The notes beneath the pieces are model-generated. The model was not told where the DNA came from. It ran no database searches and saw nothing but the letters and a program-made list of their open reading frames with translations. From Octopus sinensis (taxonomy: Eukaryota): 64,000 bases of DNA. The translations under genes and the position numbers were made by a program. Location: NCBI RefSeq assembly GCF_006345805.1, contig NC_043003.1, positions 7,130,001 to 7,194,000 of the forward strand. Direction: 5' to 3'. Shown one piece after another: positions 40,501 through 53,559 of the stretch (position 1 is the stretch's first letter; each line of letters starts with the position of its first letter).

Positions 40501-43500
40501 CTGGCAAAGAAAAGAAGACACACTTAGATCATGAAGAACACACAAACACACATTATATTCTTTCTTTTTTTTTTCTTTTAACTTGTTTCAGTCATTTTCA
40601 CTGCGGCCATGCTGGAGCACCGTCAGTTTTATATATGAATGTGTGTGTGTGTGCGTGGATGTATTTTATTAATATTTAGTGGAAGCAACAGAGTAACTCA
40701 ATGTCCAATGATTTTGTGCGTTGACACTTTATATATATATATATATGCATATATACATATGTATATGTACATACATCTATACGTATACACACACATAAAC
40801 GGGGACATAAACACACCAGCATCGGTTGTCAAGCAATGCTAGGGGGACAAACACAGACACACAAACACACACACGCATATATATACATATATACGACAGG
40901 CTTCTTTCAGTTTCCGTCTACCAAATCCACTCACAAGGCTTTGGTCGGCCCGAGGCTATAGTAGAAGACACTTGCCCAAGGTGCCACGCAGTGGGACTGA
41001 ACCCAGAACCATGTGGTTGGTAAACAAGCTACTTACCACACAGCCACTCATGTATATACATACATATGCACACACACAATGGGCTTCTTTGTGTCTAGTA
41101 ATTCCAATCAAGGCTTAGGTTGGCCTGAGGTTATAATAGAAGACATTTGCCTAAGGTGCCATGCTGTGGGACTGAACCCAGAACCATGTGGTTGAGAAGC
41201 AACCTTCTTACCACACAGCCGCACCTCCTTTTAAAACAATTTACTGCAATTATCAACATGTAATTAATCCGACAAATGAGATTTTATATGCATTAACTGA
41301 TCTGCAAATCTTAAACTTACCTTCTAATCTCTTCTTTCATCTGTTGTGAAAATGTCGTTTCCATCTTGTCGATATCTGACATATCTTCGTCTTTGAATCT
41401 AAGGAAAATTAAATTTGAACAATTTTCAAACCATAAAATTTGGTATATATTTAACTAGCAGTATCGCCCGGCGTTGCTTGGATTTGTAAGGGAAATAACT
41501 ATATAAGCATTTTTAGAGAGTTATAGCCAAAAAATGCATTAAAAATGGAAAAAAAAATTATGGTAAATTTCTTTTTAAATCGTTGACTCATCGTAGACAT
41601 TTTTAGAGAGTTACTTCCCTTATATAATAGCGAAAAAATGCATTAAAATGGAAAAAAATGATGGTAAATTATTTTTAAAATCGTAGACTCATCGTAGACG
41701 CACACTAATACCCAGAAGGGCTCGATATGAATCACGACTATAAGATACCCGGTTTTGGTTAAACTGCACCGCAAAATGTGAGAGTAGTTAGGAATCTAAA
41801 TCGTAGGAGACAGACACACAACCTCTCTTTTATATATAAAGATTACAGGTCATAATTTACATCAGTGTACTCATTACCAAAACACTAAGTCCATGCTGGC
41901 ATGGGTTCGATGGTTCAATAGGAACTGGTGATCCTGAGGGCTGCACCAGGGTCCAATGCCTGCTTTGGCTTGGTTTCTACAGCTGGATGCCTTTCCTAAT
42001 GCCAATGGTTTTGCACACAGAGTACACTGAGTGCTTTTTATGTGGCACCAGCACTAGAGAGGTTGCCATGTAACTTGCAAGACAAGACAAGACAAAAAAC
42101 CTCTCAACCAAGGAGTAGTATTAAAGTAGGGAGGCAGCTTTATGGCCAGGTGATGAGAAGTGTCTTGCTGTAGGGGAAATACATGGTTACCCCAGTTGGA
42201 AGAGAAGGAGGATGGCAGTGAGGATATGCCAGGGCCTACCTTAAATTTTCAGGAAGACTTTATAAAAGATATGATTATATCTCCAAGATATTATACAATG
42301 TCCACCGTAACTGACACTGGTGCAAAACTAGGGTCAGTGATGCAGCAGGAGTGACCACACAGGGAGACTGAAACTCCGTGCACTGAAAAATGAGGGTGCC
42401 AGCCACAGTGGCAGTGACCAGAAAGGCATCCGGATGACAAATTTGATATCAACACTACAGCTCCTTACTAGTCTGCTGCTTTGCATGGAGATGTGTACCT
42501 GTGTTGGTGGCATGACTGAGCCACAGGTAATCATCATCATCGTTGTTCGACCGTGGTCGAGACAATGGAATTTACCATGCTACGCCAGACTTCACGGTCC
42601 ATCATGGCATTATGGAGGTCCTGTTGCTGGATGCCTGTATCCCTGGAGATTACATCAGGGTAGGAGAGTGTGCGCCCTCTGGTATTGCGAGTAGATGGCT
42701 TCCAGAGGAGAAGAGAAGAAATTACCTCTTTTTCAGCTCTACAACAATGTCCAGCAAACTGGACTCTCTTACCTTTCACAAGAGATGACACAGGTGGTAG
42801 TTTCCCATATATTTGCATTTTGGTTGGATGGCGCTTCCACAAGAGATTTTGAGCTCTCATAAGGAGGCGAGTGTAGGTTCCATCCAACTGCCTCTCAAGC
42901 TTCTTTGATAACATCCAGGTTTCTGAGCCATATAGTAGAATTGGTTCGACTGTGGCTTTGAAGATTTCAAGTTTGAAGTCTCTACTTAGATTTGATGACC
43001 AGATCTTATGCATGTCATTACAGGCTGACCAGGCCATACCCTTTCTAGTTAGAAAGTCTTTTCCAGATGATGATATGTATGACCCAAGATATTTGTAATC
43101 AGGTAATGGGGTTGCTCCTCGGAGCCAATCCTTCTTCCAAATGCTTGGATCCAACATCTCTTACCTGTATTGGTACTATTGATGAGAGGCTGTACACCTC
43201 AGATACAAATTGCAGATGGTGGGTACAGACCAACACAAGAGCTGTGAATTGTAATGAATCTGGATTGTCCAGGGCTGCCAACAGCACACCAGATGCCACC
43301 CGAGACACTAGCAGTGGCCTAGTGGTTAGAGCAGTGGACTCGCTGGTTTGAATCTCAGACCGGGCAATGTGTGTGTTTATGATCGAAACACCTAAGCTCC
43401 ATGCGGCTCCGGCAGAAGGTAATGGCAAACTTCTGCTGATTCTTTTGCCACAACTTTCTCTCACTCTTTCCTCCTGCATCTTGCAGCTTACCTGTGACGA

Positions 43501-44145
43501 GCCGGTGTCCTGTTCAGGTGGGGAACCTATACGCCAAGGAAATGGGAAACCAGCCCTTATGAGCCAGGCATGGCTCGAGAAGGAACAAACAAACAAACAA
43601 GACACTGTGCTCTATATGTAAAAGCATTCTAAAAGACAAGCAAAAGAAAGGACGTGCTGAGTACTTACTTTCGTCGATCATAGCCAAAGATACTTCGAAT
43701 ATATTTGGATACACTTTGGCAGTCATCATCAATTGGTTCATCATCAATAAAACCATCCATGTCATCCTCCTCCTCTTCATCACTTTCGATTACTCTCCGT
43801 CGTTTTACTAGAACAACAGCAAATAAAAGGAATAAGAATATATATACTAGAGTAAGCACCTAAATGTGTAACAAGGTGGGAAAAATAGTACTCAAATACC
43901 AGAGGTAGAGTAATATGCTTTATTAAAAAGCAGCAAAAATACCACAGAAATTGTTACTCAGAGTTTCACATTCCCATTCGTCAGAGAATTTTGTTTAGAA
44001 TGGAGCAAAATAAAATTCTATGCAGAAATACAATTACTTTGATAGATACACATTTGAAAATGGTTTTGTTTCATTGGTCCTTTCAACTATTTTTTTTCTT
44101 TCTTTCGCCAATAACAACTTAGTTGTATAAGCATACGCCAGGAGG

Positions 44146-44180
<35 letters not shown>

Positions 44181-47100
44181 CATTTGTATATATTTATGTT
44201 TTGCCTATATATGTCTGTATATTTGGGCCATATCCGGCCCAAATATTGTTTTACGAGCAAATTGGCCAGATATAGTCTCTCACACCTACCCTACAATGTC
44301 ATTCTAAGAATATACGATCACATCATCAAACTCTCAAAGCTACGAGATAATCCATGATTAATTCAAAACAATGTGGATAAATAAGGATTACATTTTACAG
44401 AATAATCTGAACGCTAAAAAGAATTCAGTGCAAAATAACAGAAACAAATGCATTTTTAACCCTTTTGTTACCATATTTCTGTTGAGATGCTCTGTGTTTC
44501 TTTCAATTACTTTAAATATAACAAAGTATTTAGTAAAATAACTTAGTTATCATTAAGCTAGTGTTAGGAACATAAATTGTGACTAAGGTTTGGTGGAAGA
44601 TTTTAATTCAAAACTTATGAAAACAAGACATTTGTATTACAGAGCCAGAGGTGGTTTCAGCGGGGTTAGTATCAAAAGGGTTAAGAATTGTTTCTCAATT
44701 ATATATTTTAACCCTTTTGTCACCATATTTCTGTTGAGATGCTCTGTGTTTCTCTCAATTAATTTTAAATATAACAAAGAATTTAGTAAAATAACTTAGT
44801 TACCATTCAGCTAGTGCTAGGAACATAAATTGTGACTTAGGTTTGGTGGAAGATTTTAATTTGAAACTTACGCAAACAAGACATTTGTACTACGGAGCCA
44901 GTGGCAGTTTCAGCCGGGCTGGTATCAAAAGGGTTAAACAACATACTAAAAAGCAAGAGGTTTAAATAACAAATTATTTGAAATTCGTTACCTGGTTTCT
45001 TAATAGGATCTTGTTTTTGAATTCCACTGTATATTTTGTCCCAAGTGGACATTGGTTTTTCTTCCGGTTTTGCCGCCGGACGACAGATGAGAAGGTTATT
45101 ATTCTCAGCTGCGTATTTGTTAGCGTTACCATGGTTTTCAGGGCTTGGTTTGTGTTTGGCAGTTTGAGGCTTGCTTGGTGGATTGGTCTGTTTCTTCTTC
45201 TCATTCTTCATCTGTTTCATTTCTTCTTGCAGAGCCTTCAATTTGCTCTCAAGATCTTTGTACTTACTGCTAAAATCTGTCCCTGTTTCTTTGCTCTTTT
45301 GTACATTTTTATTCTGGTTTATTACAGAATCACTAGTCCTTTTGTTTTCAGAAGTTATATTTGTAGTCCGTTGAGATTTATTTGGTTTTTCTGAGATTTC
45401 TTTCTTTTTTAATTTAATTTCAGGTGTTGATTTTTTTAAAGAATTATTGTTACGGGAATTAGAAGAGTCAGAGCTTTTGGTATGTTTGTATTCCTTTGCA
45501 GACAGTCTCTGTAATCTGTCTTTTTCATCTTGTGTCATGGGACGGTCAGCGGGACGATTGGAATTGAGAATTTGCTTTGGGTCAGCAGCTTTTTCTAGAG
45601 CTAATTTCATTAACTCATCAAATTTCAGCGGAGCTGCCCCAGCGCTAGAATTAAATGGCTTTTTCGTTTTGCTAGAAATGGTAGGACGACTGGCACTTGG
45701 ATCAGAAGCAGATTTGGACCCACTAAGAACTGTTGATGCTGTTGGCTTATTTGGTTTTAAATCTTTTGAGCTATTATTATTATTATTACTTAGAGAGGTT
45801 TTTGGTCCCTTTTCACTGTTAGAATTTCCTGTTCCCTTTGGTATTTTGAATGTTTCTTTCTTGGATTCAGCTGAAATGAACAACAGAAAATTACTTATTA
45901 AAACTCAGAAAATGGGTGCAGCTGTGGCTGCTTCCTGGTTCAATCCTACTGCATGGCACCTTGAGCAAGTGTCTTTCACTATAGCCTGTGAGTGGATTTG
46001 GTAGGTGGAAACTGAAAGTCTGTTGTGTATGTGTGTGTGTGTATATATATATATATAAATCAAATCAAACCAAATCAAATCAGATATCAGAAAGCAGAAC
46101 TAAAATCGAAGTCGATCAACATCAATGGAAATTGTGGTTGTGATACCAGTGTCGGTGACAAGTAAGCGAACCATCCGATCGTGGCCGTTGCCAGCGCCGC
46201 CCCGACTGGCCTCCGTGCCGGTGACACGTAAAAAGCACCATCCATTCGTGGCCGTTGCCAGCCTCGCCTGGCCCCCGTGCCGGTGGCACATAAAAAGCAC
46301 CATCCATTCGTGGTCGTTGCCAGCACCGCCCCGACTGGCCTCCGTGCCGGTGACACGTAAAAAGCACCATCCGTTCGTGGCCGTTGCCAGCTTCGCCTGG
46401 CAACCGTGCCGGTGGCACATAAAAGCACCATCCGTTCGTGCATAGTATCTGGGGCAAGAGCCTTCTACTATAGTACTGGACAGTCCAAGGCTTTGTGAGT
46501 GGATTTGGTAGATGGAAACTGAAGGAAGCCTGTTGTATATGTAGCTATCTATATACGTGTGTGTTAGGGTTGTGCCGGTGGCACATAAAAAGCACCATCC
46601 GAACGTGGCTGATGCCAGCGCCGCCTCGACTGGCTTCTGTGCCGGTGGCACATAAAAAGCACCATCCGAACGTGGCCGATGCCAGCGCTGCCTTGGCTGG
46701 CTTCCGAGCCGGTGGCACGTTAAAAGCACCAACCGATCGTGGCCAATTCCAGACTCCCCTGGCACCCGTGCCGGTGGCACGTAAAAAACACCCACTACAC
46801 TCGTGGAGTGGTTGGTGTTAGGAAGGGCACCCAGCTGTAGAAACACTGCCAGATCAGACTGGATCCTGGTGCAGCCTCCTGGCTTCCCAGAACCCGGTCG
46901 AACCGCCCAACCGTGGAAAGCGACGTTAAATGATGATGATGATGTTACTGTTTCCTTGTTTTGCTTGAGGGCCACAGCAGGCTCCAATTGTCTGTTTTGG
47001 CATAGCTTCTATGGCTGGATGCCCGCCCTAATGCCAACCATTTTAAAGATTGTACTGGGTTATTTTTTTATGTGGCACCAGCACCTATGAGCTTGCAAGA

Positions 47101-47681
47101 GAAGGACCTCTCAGCTGAGAGACGGAATGGATCCAGGAGATTAGAGGGGGACAGATGTAGCCCTATTATCATTGAGGAGGTACTTTGCTACCTCAGTAGG
47201 ACAAGGAAGAGGAGAGGAAGGTGGGAGGAGAGAGAGAGTGTCAGTATCAATTTTACTTACAGGCTGCATCAGATTGGGGCCTGGTGCAGCCTCCTGGCTT
47301 CCCAGACCCCAATCGAACCGTCCAACCCATGCTAGCATGGAAGACGTTAAACGATGATGATGATGATGATGGTACTGGTTAACTCACAAGAATAATATAG
47401 GATATTAACTTATGTCCACACAGAGGGACCAAACCCCTAATTATGGGGTTCCAAAGCAAACTTCTTAATAACACAGTCAAGAAAAATAAAATTTTCAAAA
47501 AAAAAAGCTAACTATAGGCGCAGGAGTGGCTGTGTGGTAAGTAGCTTGTTTACCAACCACATGGTTCCGGGTTCAGTCCCACTGTGTGGCACCTTGGGCA
47601 AGTGTCTTCTACTATAGCCTTGGGCCGACCAAAGCCTTGTGAGTGGATTTGGTAGACGGAAACTGAAAGAAGCCTGTCGTA

Positions 47682-47728
<47 letters not shown>

Positions 47729-50700
47729 ATGTGTGTATGTTTGTGTGTCTATGTTTGTCCCCACATCGCTTGACAACCGATGCTGGTGTGTTTATGTCCC
47801 CGTCACTTAGCGGTTCGGCAAAAAGAGACCGATTGAATAAGTACTGTGCTTACAAAAGAATAAGTCCCGGGTTCGAGTTGCTCGATTAAAGGCGGTGCCC
47901 CAGCATGGCCGCAGTCAAATGACTGAAACAAGTAAAGTAAAAGTAAGTAAACCAACCTTCTTTTTCTTGAAGTTTGATTCTTTTCAATTTATCCTTCAAC
48001 TGTTCCTCTTTTAGTTTTTCCTTCATCTTTGGTGACAGAAGCTTCTCATCAACAGTCTTCAGTTTGGAACTCTTGTCAGACTGTTTCTCTAAACGGATCT
48101 TTTCTTTCGACTGTTCTTTCTTTAGCCGATCTCTTTCTCTGTCGTGTTTTTTCAATTCCTTCATGTCGGCGGACCGTTTCTGTTCTTTGATTCTGTTTGT
48201 AATGCGATCATTAATCAAGTCTTTCTCTTTCTCCTCCTTTAACCGCTTTACAACATCAGATTCTACCTTGGGTTTGGGTAGCTTCTTTGGAGCTGAGCAC
48301 TGTGTACTATACTTCTTTGAAATTGGAAGCTAAAATGTAAAATAAGGAAAAATAAAAGACTGGTGATGACAGCAGTGATAATATTATTGATATTTGCAGC
48401 TTCTTAAGCATTCAAAATCTTGAAAAAAATTCTAGAGGTTCATGGGTACTTTTTGATAAGGACATGCTAACATATAGGTGCAGGAGTGGCTGAGTGGTAA
48501 GTAGCTTGCTAACCAACCACATGGTTCCAGGTTCAGTACCACTGCGTGGCATCTTGGGCAAGTGTCTTCTACTATAGCCTCGGGCCGACCAAAGCCTTGT
48601 GAGTGGATTTGGTAGACGGAAACTGAAAGAAGCTCGTCGTATATGTGTATATATATGTATATGTGTGTGTGCGTGTATGCTTGTTTGTCCCCCTAGCATT
48701 GCTTGACAACCGATGCTGGTGTGTTTACGTCCCCGTCACTTAGTGGTTCGGCAAAAGAGACCGATAGAATAAGTACTGGGCTTACAAAGAATAAGTCCTG
48801 GGGTTGAGTTGCTCGATTAAAGGCGGTGCTCCAGCATGGCTGCAGTCAAATGACTGAAACAAGTAAAAGAGTAAAGAGTATAAGTTGTATGGTTTAACAA
48901 GATCTAGCAAGCTGCAGGACTGTGCCGAGTTCCAGCATCATCTTTGACAGTAACAATGGTTGGATGCCCTTCCTAAAGGGCATCCAGTCATAGAAACCAT
49001 GCCTAAATTGACACTGGAGCTTGGCATAAGCCTGCAGTTCATCTGATTCTGTCAAACTGTCCAATTTTTACTGGCATGGAAATCAGATGTCAAAAATAAT
49101 GGTGATGACAAACTGAAGTTGAGAAGAAATGTCCAGTGAGGCACAGTTCCTTTAATGAAATATGATCTCATGACTCACCTGTCAATATAAGACCTTAACT
49201 AATTAATTCCTGTTTGACCATAGTCGCCTGCCACACAGTAAGTTGGTTGCTTAGATAATGTAGTGAGCCAAGAAAGTGAAGTCTTTTGATACCTACCTAC
49301 CTGAGACTGCCTCTACTTCTTTGACACAAGCGTCCTGTCTTAAAGAGATCTAAATTAGAATCTCCCATGTTAATTTCTTCCAAATACCAATTTAATAGCG
49401 ACAAAGTTATTTTACCGAATTCCTTCATTATTTTCAAAATTAATTCAAACAGAAATATGGTAACAGGTGCAGGCATCGCTGTTTGGTATGGCATTTGCTT
49501 CACAACCACACAGCTGCAGGTTCAGTCCTACAGCTTGACACCTCGGGCAAGTGCTTTCTAATATAGCTCCAAGATGACCAAAGCCTTGTGAGTGGATTTG
49601 GTAGATGAAAGCTGTTGTGTGTGTGTGTGTATATATATATATATTACTGTTATTTGTTTCAGACTTCAGCCATGCTGAAGCACCACCTATAGTTGAATAA
49701 ATTGACACCAGGACTTATTCTTTGTAAGCCTAGTACTTATTCTATTGCTCTCTTTTGCCAAACTGCTAAGTTACGGGGATGTAAACACACCAGCATCGGT
49801 TGTCAAGCGAGGGGTGGGTGGGACAAACACACACATATGAGCTTCTTTCAGTTTCCGTCTACCAAATCCACTCACAAGGCTTTGGTCAGCCCAAGGCTAT
49901 AGTAGAAGACATTCGCCCAAGGTGTCATGCAGTGGGACTGAACCTGGAATCATGTGGTTGGTAAGCAAGCTACTCCTCTATATATATATATGTATATGTG
50001 TATGTGTGTTAGTCCCTGACCACTGCTTTACAACTGGTGTCAGATTGTTTACACCCTTGTAACTTAACAGTTTGGCAAAAAGAGTCCAACAGAATAGATA
50101 CCAGGTTTAGAGAAAAAAAAAGTACTGGGCTTGATTTGTTTGGCTAAAAACATTTCAAAGCAGTGCCCCAGCATGGCCACAGTCCAATTTACTGAAACAA
50201 GTAAAGGATAACAAAAGGGTCAAATTAGAATTAAACTTGCAATGGAGAGAGAGAGAAACAAATTCTTAATCTTAATGGTTAATTCTGGCCAGAAGAGACA
50301 AAGAGAAAACCTCCAGTGCTTACATAAATTATGCAAATGCAAATGATATGCCATCATATAAATCTTTTTATTATTTGTTTCTTTCAGTCATTGGACTGTG
50401 GCCATGCTGGGGCACCACCCTGAAAGATTTTAGCTGAATAAATCAACACCATTACAGATTTTTTAACGTCTGGTACTCCCACTGTCTGCCTTTAGGTTAA
50501 GCTACTGAAGTTATGGGAATATTGACCAAACCAACACTGGCTGTCAAGGAAGGATGGAGCTCACACACACATGATGGGCTTCCATATAGTTTTCTTCAGC
50601 CAAATTCACTCACAAGGCATTGGCTAGCCTGGGGCTGTGGTAAAAGAGACTTGCCCAATGTGCCACACAGTGGGACTGAACACAGAACACATACATACAA

Positions 50701-50889
50701 TACATATATAATCACATATACGATTAAAAGTTACAAGTGGCTGTGTGGTAAGTAGCTTGCTAACCAACCACATGGTTCCGGGTTCAGTCCCACTGCGTGG
50801 CACCTTGGGCAAGTGCCTTCTGCTATGGCCCCGGGCCGACCAATGCCTTGTGAGTGAATTTGGTAGACGGAAACTGAAAGAAGCCTGTC

Positions 50890-50941
<52 letters not shown>

Positions 50942-51734
50942 TTGTCCCCCTGGCATGGCCGCAGTCAAATGACTGAAACAAGTAAAAGAGTAATAATACA
51001 TATAATATACATAATTGTGTATGTTTTATTTTGGTTGAGTCAGTCTCTCACTACTCTGAGTTTCACCTGCAGACACAAATTCTTTAGGCAAGTTGGGACT
51101 ACAACTTGTGTGCACAAGTGTGTGTGTGAGTGTGTGTATATTATAGGTAGCAATATCAGAATGTCTCATTAACTGCGTTTGTGTGTGTATATATATATAA
51201 ATATACACACACATACACCTTTTATATATATACATACATACATATATAAAGGTAAAGACCCCCTTCGGTCATGAGTGACCATGGGTTTGCACCTAGAGAG
51301 TTACCCTCTGAGGCACAAGTCTGGGCAAGGTTGTTTTTATGGAAGACCAGTAGTCGCCCATGCATACCAGCCTCCCCTCTCCACGCCACCAGTGTTATCC
51401 AAGGGAAAGGCAAAGGTCGATACAGCTTGGCACCAGTGACGTCGCAACTCATTTCTACAGCTGAGTGAACTGGAGCAACGTGAAATAAAGTGTCTTGCTC
51501 AAGAACACAACACGCAGCCCGGTCCGGGATTCGAGCTCACAACCTCACGATCGTAAGCTCGACGCTCTAACCACTGAGCCATGCGCCTCCGTAAAAGTAA
51601 TTAAGATTCAAGTGAGTTCTGTTGAATTCACATGAATGAGGTACTTAACTTAGATGCACCAGAAATCTATATGGTATTAGCCATAAGATAATGTGGGGTG
51701 ATTATAAGCAACATTTTTGTTGCTTTTTTCTTAC

Positions 51735-51771
<37 letters not shown>

Positions 51772-51785
51772 TACCTTATATATAT

Positions 51786-51818
<33 letters not shown>

Positions 51819-52198
51819 CACCTTTTATATAGATATATTTTTATATAAGGAAAAATATATACAGGGTAGGAAAATTATAGAACTTTTTCTACCAGTGGCC
51901 TAGCATAGTTTGGATTTTGACTGGTCCTTCTAACATGTTAGGTGACCTGTCAGGGCACCTCTTACGTGTTTAAATGTACACTAATTTTATATTTGTGTGT
52001 GTGTGTGTATCTATCATACACACATACTTTTTATATATATATTTTATATATGTATATATTATATATGCGTATATATAGATATATATGTATTTAAAAAATT
52101 TTTTATCTAGTTTCAGCTCACGAGCTGTGGCCATGCTGGGGCACCGCCATGTGTATATATGTATATATTTTTATATACATACATATATATATATATTA

Positions 52199-52256
<58 letters not shown>

Positions 52257-52504
52257 TATATACATACATATATATACACCCACACACATATATATATATT
52301 GTACAATAACATCAAATTAAAACAAATTACGTGATTTGTGAACTAGATCGGCTTTTGATGGAGGGAAGAAAAGAAAAGAGAATGATTTTACTAAGGTGGT
52401 TCGAAGATATCTTTGAATGTGAGGAGGGATGCCGTTTACCATAAACAGACAACGGCCCAGATTACACACACGCACATATGTGAATGTCTAACGTATGTAC
52501 GTAC

Positions 52505-52541
<37 letters not shown>

Positions 52542-52963
52542 TTCAACAAGATATATATTGTTGTGTACTAATGGTTATATTTTTACAATCCTGGGATTGT
52601 ATTTGAGGTCTTTGTTCTAAGTGTCCAGACAGCTTCTTTTTTAACTTGTCACACACTGAAATAATAATAATAATATTAATAATATATATATATGTATAGG
52701 GAGAGAGATAAATATATAGCTACAGGGTGTATATATTTAGACACACACGCAACAATATATATATATATAGTGTATGTGTATATATATGTATAGGGAGAGA
52801 GAGATAAAAATATAGATACAGGGTGTATATATTTAGACACACACGCAACAATATACACACATATATATATATATATGTATAGGGAGAGAGATAAATATAT
52901 TAGCTACAGAGTGTATATATATAGACACACACGCAACAATATACACACAATATATACACACAA

Positions 52964-53019
<56 letters not shown>

Positions 53020-53278
53020 AGGAGAGAGATAAATATATAGCTACAGGGTGTATATATTTAGACACACACGCAACAATATATATATATAGTGTATGTGTAT
53101 ATATATGTATAGGGAGAGAGAGATAAAAATATAGATACAGGGTGTATATATTTAGACACACACGCAACAATATACACACAATATATATATATATATGTAT
53201 AGGGAGAGAGATAAATATATAGCTACAGAGTGTATATATATAGACACACACGCAACAATATACACACAATATATACAC

Positions 53279-53333
<55 letters not shown>

Positions 53334-53528
53334 AGGGAGAGAGATAAATATATAGCTACAGAGTGTATATATATAGACACAATATATATATATATATATA
53401 TGTATAGGGAGAGAGATAAATATATAGCTACAGAGTGTATATATATATACACACACGCAACAATATACACACAATATATATATATAGTGTATGTATATGT
53501 GTATATTATATATATTATATATATTATA

Positions 53529-53559
<31 letters not shown>

